Part shown: piece by piece, positions 35,970 to 64,000 of the stretch
How the letters are laid out: each line of letters begins with the position of its first letter
Numbering within the stretch: the first letter of the stretch is position 1
DNA from: Leucoraja erinacea
Taxonomy: Eukaryota
Reading direction: 5' to 3'
DNA length: 64,000 nt
Assembly: GCF_028641065.1 (NCBI RefSeq)
Contig: NC_073386.1
Span: forward strand, 55,428,001 to 55,492,000
Position numbers and translations under genes: made by a program
Notes under the pieces: model-generated
What the model was told of the DNA's origin: nothing
Database searches by the model: none
What the model saw: the letters and a program-made list of their open reading frames with translations, nothing else

Positions 35970-36665
35970 TCTGGGTGGAGCCCGTAATGGCCGCCTCGCC
36001 AACAGCCCATTGCGTCCCTTCTCTGTTTTTATTATTTTAAGTATGTCTTTAATGTATGTTTCAATGTTTCTAGGTTAGTTTATGTGGGGGGGAGGGGGGG
36101 CGGAATACAGAGAAACTTTTTTTCAGTCACTTTCCTCGACGGAGATGCGATTTTCTCCGTTTCGCATATTCGCCCACCCCCCCTAACAACTTGGATTGGT
36201 GCGGCCTTTCCTGGAGACCGGTCTGGAGCTTCAAGCCGCTGGCGCGGTGAGAACTTGCCATCGTGGAACGGGTGATCCTTTGCCGAGGGTCACCAGAAGA
36301 AGAGCTCCAACCACGGGGCCTGTGGACTTTAACACCGTGAAGCCTGCGGTCTCCGGTAAGAAGTGGCCGATTCGGGAGCTCCATGCCGCGGAGTGTTGCA
36401 ATCTGTCCCGTCGCCGGGTTTCAATCATCCCGACAAGAGGGCCTGGACATTGGACCGTCGGCAGTGGCGAACTGCGGAGGGTTCAAGGCCACAACCACGG
36501 TGAACAAAGAGGAAGATGACTGAACTTTGTTGCCTTCCACTGTGGTGGATGTTTATGTTAAATTTTATTTTATGTGTGTATTGTGTTCTTTTCAACTTAC
36601 TATGGCTGTATTTCACTGTACCTTAGTTGGTTAAGTGACAATAAACGCAAACTTGAACTTAAACA
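35970..36665 (+). mobile_element. GC-rich non-autonomous retroelement with a Rex1/L2-like 3' tail, downstream of DBT
   Basis: CpG-rich block in AT-rich DNA ending TTCACTGTACC..GTGACAATAAA..(AACTTG)n like the LINE tails at 220-260 and 43860-43895; no ORF; boundaries approximate. Confidence 0.5.
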
Positions 36666-38975
36666 ATTTGTAGCATTCCTTTTGTATAAGACTTGAATAA
36701 AATATACTTTGCATCTACAGTACATGTATAGTTAATAAAGAGGACGTGGAGAACAACGAGATTGGAGTAGGGAATACTAAAATGCTAGGGTAGTTTGAGA
36801 TCAAGGTCCTGGTGGTGTTGGTCTTCAAGAGCATTAAGGTGTATAAATTCTCAGGACCTGATAGGATCCATCCCATGTTACTGAGGAGAGGGGCCTCAAT
36901 GAGGAACTTTGTATCTTCTCTAGAAACAGCGAGGTCCCAAAGGACTGGAGAGTAGCTAAAGTGGTGCCTTTGTTTAAGAAGGGATGTAGAAATATTCAGG
37001 TAAGTGAGTCTGGCATTTGTGGTAGGGAAGCTTTTGGTAGGGGATTCTCGGAGAGGTGAACAAGGAACTGCAGCTGTTTGTTTAAATAAAAGACACACAG
37101 AGTAACTGAGTGTAGTCCTGATGGGGTACAAGGGAGAGAGGGGGAGAAAGGGAAGGTGGGGGGTCGTTACATAGAACAATACAGCATATTAACAGGCCCT
37201 TCGGCCCACAATGTTTGTGCCAAACATGATGCCAAGCTAAACTGATCTCATTTGCTTGTACATGATCCAGAGCCCTCTATTCCCTGCACATCCATGCCTG
37301 TATCCAAAAGCCTCTTAAATGCCACAGTGCTTTTCAGGCCCCACCATTCTGTGTAAAAAGATTTGCCCCGTACATCTCTATTGAACTTTCCCACTCCCAC
37401 CTCATAGTATTGGACATTTCCACCCTGGCGAAAAACGATTCTGACAGTGTACCCTATTCTATGCCTTTCATAATTCTATATACTTCTATTAAGAAGAAAA
37501 AGTAAAAACATTGAAGCAAGTTGAACAAAAATGAAAGCTATAACTAACTATTGTACTTGGCTGGATGTAAAAGTGAGCCTAAATGAAATTTATGTTTATC
37601 TAACATTACGTTGAGTTTCATTTTCTTGCACCAGGACAGATTCCATAGTGTTTGGTTCAAAACCTTATGCAGCGTTAAAGCATTTAAGATTTAGCAATTA
37701 CATTTGACAAGCTCAATGTACTTAAATAAATCACACTGAAACATACCAATGTGTTGGAAAATTCTCTGTGCATTTTTAAGTAAAAGATTTGGCAATTGAC
37801 CTCAGCCTGCCTTGTTGCTCAAGTGTCTGCTGATAAAATGAGATGCATATTGTTAAATAGTTTATATTTGAAGGATTTCTCTACTTGTGGACCAACTCGG
37901 ACATTACAATTTATCATTGTCAATTGACTTGAACATTAGCTGTTATTGGCTGTGATTATAGAGCAACATCTGCATAGAAACCTCGGAACAAAACCACTAG
38001 TGATCCAATGGTTAACATAAAGGTAACTGCTTATGCTCTTGAAAGAATAAGGTGCAGGAGGAAATCAGCATTGACTCAGAGAGTCACAACGCATGAGTAA
38101 CTACTGTGGAAACAGGCGCTTCGGTCTAACTTGCCCACGTTGACCGACATCTACACTAGTCCCATCTGCCTGCGTTTGGCCCATATCCCTCCAGGCCTAT
38201 CATATCCATTTACCGTTCTAAATGGTTGTTAAACATTGTGATAGTACATGCCTCAACTACCTCCTCTGGCAACGCGTTCCATACACCTGCCACACTTTGT
38301 GTAACAGAGTTGCCCCTCGGGTTCCTATTAAATCTTTCCCCTTTCACATTAAACCAATATCCTCTGGTTCTCGATTCCCCTACTCTGGGTAAAAGACTGT
38401 GCATCAACCCCTTAGATCTTTCCCCATTGTCATTTTCGACAATTCCAATTATATCTGCATTGGACTGCATAATAATACAATTAATACTATAGATACCTGG
38501 ACGCGTTTGTCGACTAGTTCTGTACTAGTTTGGCATGCGTTACCAGGGTTTAAAATCCATGGAGTAAGTGTTCAGGCTGGAGAGGAAAGGTCAGACTAAG
38601 GCACTTGGACGGTTGACTGTGTGAGCAGCGAGCTAGCTGGGTTGCTGAAATAAATACATTGCTGTTCTCGGGCCGCGAGATCGGTTTCTGTCAAGTGTGC
38701 CCTCCAACTATAGACGGAATCCGAAGATTCCTCCTTGCAGTCTGGAGACCTGTCAACCCCCGGAAATCTCCGCGTAGGCTGATCAACTGGACAGTTGCTG
38801 CTGCGACCGCCCAGGTTGGCTCTGTGGAGATTTACAACGCGGTTAATCCTACCCCTGTTAAGGGCACAGCGACATTTGACTTGCACCGTTCCAGTCGGAG
38901 AACTGCTCAGTGCTTTCTCTCTCTCTCCCTCTCTCTCTGTATCCCCGCCGCGGTCGCCTGCTTTTCGAGAGAGCA

Positions 38976-39578
38976 ATGGGAAGCCACGGTTTCGGCGAGA
39001 CGGAAAGATTGAAGAAGTGTAAGAGTTTCCAGGAACTCCGTGTGGCCAAGACGCAGAGCGCCCTGCCCCGCAAAGGATGGGGTTCGGTTCTAGCGGGCAG
39101 CGAGATGCAACGACAGCAGAGCAGGTTGCCGGCCAAGAGGGACAAGGAGAAGAGGCGTCAGGACCACCGGACAGTACAGAGCCAGCGCTCCAAGCCCGGC
39201 ACCAGCAGCACCAGGCTAGCCAGTCCCACTGGGAACATGTACGAGCCCCGACCCGCCAGGTCCTTCTCGGCGGTGGAAGCCCGGGCTGCGATGCGCTCAG
39301 TGCTGGAGGCCAAGCTGAACGGTGCCAAGTATGAGCCCCAGGGCTCTGCGCTGGCGGCCGTGGAACTGGCCGAGTGTGTGAAGAAGGCAGTGAAAGCTTT
39401 GGGTTACGAGAGGTACAAGATCGTGTGCTACTTGGTGCTGGGGGCGACGAGGCCCTCTGGTCTCTCGTGTTCCAGCAGAGCCGTGTGGAGTCCGGCCGTC
39501 GACACCTATGCTGAATTTTGCTTCCAGAACGATTCGCTGTTCGCACTCTGCCTGGTGTTTGCCTTGTACCACGAATAA
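38976..39578 (+). CDS. Intronless Tctex-1 domain protein (dynein light chain Tctex-type, DYNLT/TCTEX1D-like), 200 aa
   Basis: Uninterrupted ORF with a good Kozak context (GCAATGG). The C-terminal ~110 aa has Tctex-1 hallmarks (VLEAKLNGAKYEP..LAECVKKAVKALGYERYKIV..SRAVWSPAVDTYAEFCFQNDSLFALCLVFALYHE). CpG-rich; AATAAA at 39756. Paralog identity is not resolvable by eye. Confidence 0.88.
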   Translation: MGSHGFGETERLKKCKSFQELRVAKTQSALPRKGWGSVLAGSEMQRQQSRLPAKRDKEKRRQDHRTVQSQRSKPGTSSTRLASPTGNMYEPRPARSFSAVEARAAMRSVLEAKLNGAKYEPQGSALAAVELAECVKKAVKALGYERYKIVCYLVLGATRPSGLSCSSRAVWSPAVDTYAEFCFQNDSLFALCLVFALYHE

Positions 39579-41779
39579 CGTCCCGCAAGCTCTTGCAAAT
39601 CATGGAAATCGTTTGAAAAATCGAAGAAATTCTTATCGCCCGAAAACTGCGAGAAAAAAAAATCAGGATTAAGGCTCCAACCGGAGACTCTTTCAGATAT
39701 TGAGCGCTTGAAGGACTATCCAATGGTCGTCTAATTACAGTAGGACTTGCTAGTTAATAAAGCTAACAGTCTAGGGGCATGTTAGAGAATGGATACAGAG
39801 AGACTGCTGAGACACAAGAGATCAAACAGAAAGAATGAAACACTGTAACCGGGTTGTTATTCACCTAGCGCCCAGTCTGTTATCAGAAATGCAAGTTTAA
39901 ATTTCACACAAATTCAGTTGCCATTTGTTATTTCTCCATTTATTGTTCATCCTTTGCATTTAAAAAAAGTTAATTCATCTCAGCGTTTCCTCTGTTTTCA
40001 CAAATCCACGATTTCTGTAACGAAACCCAAAGCGTTTAGTGAAATGTCGGAGCTCCATCGCAACCTTAAATATTTAAAATCTACCCCTGTGAATCACGTG
40101 AGTTGAATGTTTTCTTGAAAAAAGAATGCAGAGGTCATGCCATTTGATTTGCTATTTACATTTTCTTCTTCAGATCTGCCTAAGTTTCACTCCATTTCTA
40201 TCGGGCTTGTGCCAATTGGCCAGAGTAGCTGCAACCTGGAATGATTCATTGATTCTAACTGTCACATGTATCAAGATGCAGTGAATGCTTTGTTTTGAAT
40301 ACAACACGGTAAAATCATACAGCAGACCAACTAGGCAGTACACAAGAGTCGCCATGTTTCTGGCACCAACATAGTTTTATCTTTTGCTAGCAGAAGCGAT
40401 CCAGGTCCCCCCTTCCATCTATGCGACCACCCCCGGCAGGGAGCTCTCGGCAGCGCAGATCCCCTTCTCGTTTGCGATGATCAACCTTGCTCTCGACAGC
40501 CTCTTCGCTCTCGATTGTCCACCTCATTCTCGACAACTCGTGCAGAAGGGCAGTCATCAAATGCAGTTAGTTTCACGTACAAAGATATTCTCTACTGTTG
40601 CTCCAGTGTTCCCTGATCAAATGAAGACGGTGTAGCCAATAAAGAGGATCTCGCCATACAAGATTCAAGATTCAAGATTCAATTTAATTGTCATTTGGAC
40701 CCCTTGAGGTCCAAACGAAATGCCGTTTCTGCAGCCATACATTACAAACAAATAGACCCAAGACACAACATAATTTACATAAACATCCATCACATCGCTG
40801 TGATGGAAGGCCAAAAAAACTTTTGATACAGAGTTTGCTGGTGCTTTAAACTAGAATAATGGAGAGATAGAACAGGAACAGACGCTTCGGCCCACAATTT
40901 CTGTGCTGGACATGATGCCAAGCTAAACTAATTTTAGTTGCTTGTACATGGTCCATATCTCCCCATTCCCTGCACATCCATGTGCATGTCTAAAAGTATT
41001 TTAATGCCAGTATCATATCTGCCTCAACCAGCACCTACTTAGGCAATGCTTTTATTTTGTGTAATATAATATTGTGTACTGTACCCTATAATGATCAGTT
41101 TTGTTTCACTTTATGAGTTGTTGTTATCAGTTCCAGTAGGCACATTGCATGCTGAAAGAAATCACAAATATTTAACAGTTTGTTCCCAACCCAACCTATT
41201 TTAGAGTCATAGATTGATGCAGTGTGGAAACAGGCCCTTCGGCCCAACTCTCCCCCACTAGCCAACACGTAAAATCATCAACTATTCTATTTATTTCAAA
41301 CAGTGCACATATTGTATTGTGACTGACATTTTTATTTTTTGAACAAGTTATTTGAAGAACTGCTCACAACAAGACCAATTAATTTAATTGGATTAATTGG
41401 TTAATTTGTAGTTTGGTTAACTACAAAATTGACTTCCAAGATATAAAGATTTTGAACAATATATATTTATTAAGAGACAACATTTTCCACCTTATTCATT
41501 AATGCTACACAATATTTACAATATTTGTTGGTTAGATGGCACAGGTGCGGAGCTGGTAGAGCCTGGGTTCAACCCTGACCTCGGGTGCTGTCTATGTGGA
41601 GTTTGCATGTGACCACTGGGTGCTTTGGTTTCCTCCCACATCCCAAAGACATATGGGTTTGTAGTTTAATCCACCTCTGTAAATTGCCCCCCTGTGTGTA
41701 GGGAGTGAATGAGGAAGTGGGATACCATAGAACTAGCATGAACTCCTTGACCACTGCTACATAACCACCAAAAATGCAT

Positions 41780-43900
41780 AGCGTTCCATTCTCACACCGC
41801 CCTTTGGTAAATCTGATCACCTGGGTGTACTTCTACTCCCTGTTTACAAGCAGAAACTGAAGCGGGAGGAGATGGTGCAGAAAGTCAAGCAGCATTGTTC
41901 GGAAGAAACAGATGACACCATTTGCGACTGCTTTGAGTTGGTTGACTGGTCCGTGTTCAAGGAATCTGCAGCTAACCTAGATGAATATGCCACTGCTGTC
42001 ACAGACTTGATGAGCAAGTCTAAGAGGACTGTTTAGTAAAGAAGATGTTAGGTGTATTCCCCAACGGGAAACCATGGATGATCTGTGAGGTTCAGTCCAG
42101 GGTGAAGTCCTATTCTGCAGCATTCGTCAAATGATCCTGTGTGGTACAAGAAATCTATTTAAGTCCTTTGCAGAGCCATTAAGATTGCCAAGAGGGAATT
42201 CTGCGCTAGATTGGAGACTTGAGGCAATGAGTATACAATTATACCTGTAGCTTGTGGCAAGGCTTGCACACAATAACGGGCTACAAAGCGAAGGCGAACA
42301 GTATCATGGCAGCAACAGGTCCCATCTCAATAAACACAATGTGTTCTACGCCCACTTTGAACAGAAGGTCGGTGGTGGATTGCTACTCGCAGCAGCCAGT
42401 CTCGGATGCACCTGTGCCAATGGTTACTGTGGCGTACATAGGATGGGCCTTCCTGAGAGTGAATCTAAGCAATTGGTGTCTCTGACCACATCCTCAGGAC
42501 CTGTGTGGATCAGTTAGCAGAGGTATTCACTGACATCTTCATACTCTTACTACTCCAGTCAAAGTTCCCCACCTGCTACAAATAGACTATTAGCATCCAG
42601 GTACCGAAGAAGAGTAGCGTGCCTCAATGAGTATTTCCCAGTGGTTCTGGAATCCATCATCAGGAAGTGGTTTAAGAAATTAGTGAAGGTGCATATTAAC
42701 TCCAGCCTCCCAGTCAGCCTTGATCCACAGTAGTTTGCTTACCGTCATCCACAGTAGACGTCTTTCCCCCGTCCTAAACACACCTCTGAATACCTGGACA
42801 ACAAGGACTCCTATGTTAGACTCTAATTTATCGACTATAGCTCTGCTTTCAACACTTTAATCCCAACCAAACTCATCTCTAATTTCCTGGTCCATAAAGA
42901 ATCAGCTCCCCTCTTTGCCAACTAGATCCTTGACTTTCTGAGCCACAGACCTCAATCAATGAGGATTGGTGACAACACCTCCTCCACAATTAATCTCAAT
43001 GTGTTCTCAGTCCCCCTATTTTATTCCCTATATACTCACAATTGTACGGCCTAATCCGGCTCTAATTCCATCTACAAGTTTGTGGGCAACACCACGGTGG
43101 GGACCAAATCACATACAATGACGAGCACAGGGAGCAGATAGAGAACCTAGCGATATGGTGTCAGGACACTATCCTCTCCCTCAATGTCAGCAAGATGAAG
43201 GAGCTAGTTATTGGCTTCAGGAAGCATCTGCATCAATGGTGCAGAAGTGGACATGGCCAAGAGGTTTCCTTGAGGTTAATATTACCTGTCGTGGACCAAC
43301 CACACTGATGTGATAACCAAGAAGGCAGACGACTCAGTCATTTGTTTCCTGAGGAGCCTGGGGAAATTTGCCATGGTCTCCAGCTACTCTTACAAACTTC
43401 TACAGACAGATGCACCATAGACAACATTCTGTTGGATCCTAGCACAGCTTGGTTTGCCAACAGCTCTGCCAAGACCAAAATAAATAGCAGAGTTTTAGAT
43501 GTACCCCAGTCCATCGCATAGATCGGACTTCCCATCATTGACTCCATGTGCCAACAGTCAAAGACTTGTCCCACCCCGGTCATTCTTTCTTCTCCCTGCT
43601 CCCGTCTAGCAGAAGATGCAGAGGTTTGGAAGCTCGCACCACCAGACTAAGGAACAGCTTGTTCCATGAGCGAGAGCATTATCCGATTCACCTCTACCCC
43701 ATTGCGGACATTGGTCTTTGTGTATGGAACTGATGCGCGATAATGCTGAGAACTGGATGCTGCAATCTGTATCTCCTCCTTTACTCTCTCTATTGTACGA
43801 GTTTGAATTGATTTTACCTATTCTGTGTATGATATATCTGATCAGTTTGGACAGCAAAGCTTTTCACTGTACCTCATTAAATGTGACAATATTAAACACA
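41780..43900 (+). mobile_element. Decayed Rex1/Babar-type LINE
   Basis: DCFELVDWSVFK, LWQGLHTITGYK and YVRLLFIDYSSAFNT-like motifs; 3' tail GTGACAATATTAAA. Confidence 0.78.
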
Positions 43901-44029
43901 ACCTGTGGCACTAAAGTATGTGTTTGAATAAATACTAAACAGCGGAAGACGACGCAAAACGAGATCTGTGATTAGCATCCAGTGCGTAAAAAGCCGGTTC
44001 CCCGGATCAATTCTCGGTGGCCGGGCGCT

Positions 44030-44190
44030 CGGCCAGTTGCCGTGTCTTTGTTTGAGTCATGGGTTATATTTAGACGGGCATTGCATGTGGCCTTTGGATC
44101 ACTACTACATGGAGCCGATCTAATGAGGAGCAAGCGGTTGGTTCACTGCGAGCTGCAGCCGCCGGCCGGGACACGGGTAGGGTTGTAGGT
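44030..44190 (+). promoter_or_regulatory. Candidate muscle promoter/non-coding first exon of LRRC39
   Basis: CpG-rich unique DNA with an exact MEF2 consensus TTATATTTAG (44064-44073), AP-1 TGAGTCA (44053-44059) and E-box CAGTTG, followed by a possible donor CGG|GTAGGG. Confidence 0.4.
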
Positions 44191-44257
44191 TTCATGTCAC
44201 CAATTGGAGGGTTCAGACAAGGGGCACGATTAGTCGCGGATGGGAACGGCAGCGAGC

Positions 44258-45670
44258 GGGGGGGGGGGGGGGGGGGGGGGGCATTGGATGGGGGTGCCGG
44301 AGGGGAGGAGGGGGAGAGGGGAGAGGGGAGGGAGGAGGGGAGAGGGGGAGATGGGGGAGGGTAGAGGGGAGAGGGTAGATGGGAGAGGGGAGAGGTGAAG
44401 AGTGGAGAGGGGGAGAGGGGGAGAGAGGGGGAGAGGGGGGGGGAGGAGGGGAGAGGGCAGAGGGGAGGGGAGAGGGTAGATGGGAGAGGGGAGAGNNNNN
44501 NNNNNNNNNNNNNNNNNNNNNNNNNNNNNNNNNNNNNNNNNNNNNNNNNNNNNNNNNNNNNNNNNNNNNNNNNNNNNNNNNNNNNNNNNNNNNNNNNNNN
44601 NNNNNNNNNNNNNNNNNNNNNNNNNNNAGGGAGAGGGGGAGAGGGGAGACGGGGAGGGGGGGAGAGGGGGGAGAGGGGGAGTGGAGAGGGGAGAGGGGCG
44701 GAGTGAGGAGAGAGGGACGGAGTGAGGAGGGGGGACGANNNNNNNNNNNNNNNNNNNNNNNNNNNNNNNNNNNNNNNNNNNNNNNNNNNNNNNNNNNNNN
44801 NNNNNNNNNNNNNNNNNNNNNNNNNNNNNNNNNNNNNNNNNNNNNNNNNNNNNNNNNNNNNNNNNNNNNNNNNNNNNNNNNNNNNNNNNNNNNNNNNNNN
44901 NNNNNNNNNNNNNNNNNNNNNNNNNNNNNNNNNNNNNNNNNNNNNGGGGGGGNNNNNNNNNNNNNNNNNNNNNNNNNNNNNNNNNNNNNNNNNNNNNNNN
45001 NNNNNNNNNNNNNNNNNNNNNNNNNNNNNNNNNNNNNNNNNNNNNNNNNNNNNNNNNNNNNNNNNNNNNNNNNNNNNNNNNNNNNNNNNNNNNNNNNNNN
45101 NNNNNNNNNNNNNNNNNNNNNNNNNNNNNNNNNNNNNNNNNNNNNNNNNNNNNNNNNNNNNNNNNNNNNNNNNNNNNNNNNNNNNNNNNNNNNNNNAAGA
45201 GAGAGAAGGAGGGAGAGGAGAGAGAGGGGAGGGGAGAGGGGGGAGAGGAGGGGGGAGAGAGGGAAGGGGGGAGTGGAGGGGGGGGGAGGGGGAGAGAGGG
45301 GAGAGGGTAGAGGGGAGGGGGGGAGAGGGGAGAGGGAGTGGTAGAAGAGGGGGAGAGGGGGAGAGGGAGAGGAGAGGGGAGGGGGGGAGGGAGAGGGGGG
45401 GGAGAGGGGGGGAGAGGGGGAGAGGGGGGGGAGGAGGGAGAGGGAGAGGGGGGGAGAGGGAGGAGAGAGGGAAGGGGGGGGTGAGAGGGGGGGGGGGAGG
45501 GGGAGAGGGAGGAGAGGGGGAGGGGGAGAGAGGGGAGGGAGAGGAGGGGGGGGGAGAGGGGAGGGGGGAGGGGGGGGAGAGGGGGGAGGGGGGGGAGAGG
45601 GAGAGAGGGAGAGGGGGGGGAGGGACGGAGGAGGGACGGGGGAGAGGGGACGGGGAGAGGGGGGGGGAAG
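44258..45670. repeat. Polypurine (G/GA-rich) low-complexity tract with three assembly gaps
   Basis: Almost only G and A on the + strand; N runs at 44496-44627, 44739-44945 and 44953-45196. Confidence 0.9.
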
Positions 45671-45810
45671 CGGCGGGTCCCGCCCGGTGGTGGTGTTGGT
45701 GGTGCTTGGAGGGGCTCGGGCCGCTCCCTCTGTCTCTCACTCTCTGTGCCGCTCATTGCTCTGTGCGCTGCGCTGCCTGCAGCCTGTCCCTGCACTGAGC
45801 ATCGTGAAGC

Positions 45811-62815
<17,005 letters not shown>

Positions 62816-63084
62816 ATATCACAGTCATGAAACAAATGCTGGATTAAAATAAAATGCAAAGCTACGTTTATTTATGTAAAATTGGCTGGATTCTTTGAAA
62901 TTGTGAAATTATGACCTGCAGGAACTTTGCTGGTGTGAATCATCAATAAAACACAACAAAGGAACACTCCACACCTGCATTTAATTCTTGTCACTATAAG
63001 CGGCAGAAACAAGGAAAATTGCCTAGATAACAAATAAAGCACACTGTTGCTGACAGTTCACAACTCTTCGATGACCAATGAATC

Positions 63085-63286
63085 TTACTTAACAGTCCTC
63101 ACCGTTTGTTGAATTGTTGGAGAGGGAATAGCTGTAAGCAGGACATTTTCCAGTGAGACGCTGGGACTAGTGTAATACTGCACAGCAGAATCAAATCCTT
63201 GCTGCTGCAAATACCAAATGCGACCTTGGTCTATCAACCGCTTGCACATGTGTCCCACGTGTTCTCGTTCCCCCGTGGTCAGCGTT
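63085..63286 (-). CDS. TRMT13: TRMT13 (tRNA:m4X methyltransferase, CCDC76), last coding exon; rest of gene beyond the window
   Basis: Reverse strand reads TLTTGEREHVGHMCKRLIDQGRIWYLQQQGFDSAVQYYTSPSVSLENVLLTAIPSPTIQQTVRTVK*, matching the recalled TRMT13 C-terminus (CKLLIDQGRIQYLQQKGF..QYYT..VSLENVLLTA); TTTGCAG acceptor; minus-strand AATAAA at 62867-62872. Confidence 0.93.
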
Positions 63287-64000
63287 CTGCAAAGGATTTA
63301 CATTTTTTTTTAAAAAGTGATCAGTTGAAAAGTAAAATAGTGATTTACATTTAAAATGCAATGACAGTTCCTGTCTCTAGTAGCTCGTCTTGCATTGTGT
63401 GATGTTGCAACAAAACAATTTAGTTCAAATATCTGAGCTTTCCATTTGCTCATCGCGAGGAACTGAAATTCTGGAGTGGATCTGTTCAGGTAACTGTTTC
63501 TTTTTTAGTTAAAATATTCTTTATGGGATATGGATATTATTGTGAAGGGCAGTATTTTTGAATTGTTGTAACTGATGTGGCAAACATGCTTACACAATAC
63601 CTTGGGGTAGGAATTTTGTTCCTAATCGAGAGCTTAAGTGTCTTTGAGGTAATGATATTCCCATGAACTATGGGGAAAGGCAGAAGAATGTGGGTTTAGA
63701 CAATGTTATTGAAGCAGATTGAGAGATGCTACATTACCATAACACCATAGATCATAAGACATAGGAGCAGAATTAGGCCATTCGGCCCATCAAGTCTACT
63801 CTACCATTCAATCATGGCTGATCTATTTTTCCCAAATAACTCCATTCTTCTGCCTTTCCCCATAATCTTTGACACCCTTACGAATCAATCTCCGCTTTAA
63901 AAATACCCCATGTCTTGGCCTCCACAGCCGTCTATTGCAATGCATTCCATAGATTCACCACCCTCTGGCCTCCCCTCCCCATCTTCATTTGAAAGGTACA

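Noticed and set aside
38910-38975. Longer 222-aa version of the Tctex ORF
   Set aside because: It begins at a non-ATG codon and runs through a (CT)n tract; the first ATG, with good Kozak context, is at 38976. An upstream non-coding exon cannot be excluded.
38596-39723. 375-aa minus-strand ORF
   Set aside because: Antisense shadow of the GC-rich Tctex-domain ORF; no recognisable domain.

Overview
Vertebrate nuclear genomic DNA with spliceosomal introns. The repeat content (CR1, Rex1/Babar-type LINEs, HE1/V-type SINEs, Penelope-like elements) suggests a cartilaginous fish, probably a skate or ray; this is an inference. Hand-splicing recovers the conserved block DBT (+, 11 coding exons, 1708-35161, 497 aa), LRRC39 (+, 8 coding exons, 45811-62815, 342 aa, with one GC-AG intron) and the last coding exon of TRMT13 (-, 63085-63286), convergent on LRRC39. 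Between DBT and LRRC39 lies an intact, intronless, CpG-rich Tctex-1-domain (dynein light chain) ORF (38976-39578) that I do not know from the mammalian locus. The introns hold nested transposons: a Penelope-like element and about ten dispersed copies of its terminal repeat carrying a minimal hammerhead-ribozyme core, two inverted Tigger4/Zombi-like elements with large internal palindromes that bracket DBT exons 2-3, a decayed Tc1, Harbinger-type MITEs and a P-like MITE with an internal hairpin. A 23-bp x11 minisatellite lies just upstream of the DBT start codon. Most ORFs in the supplied track are repeat-derived or spurious. Gene and family calls come from recalled protein and repeat sequences, not database searches.
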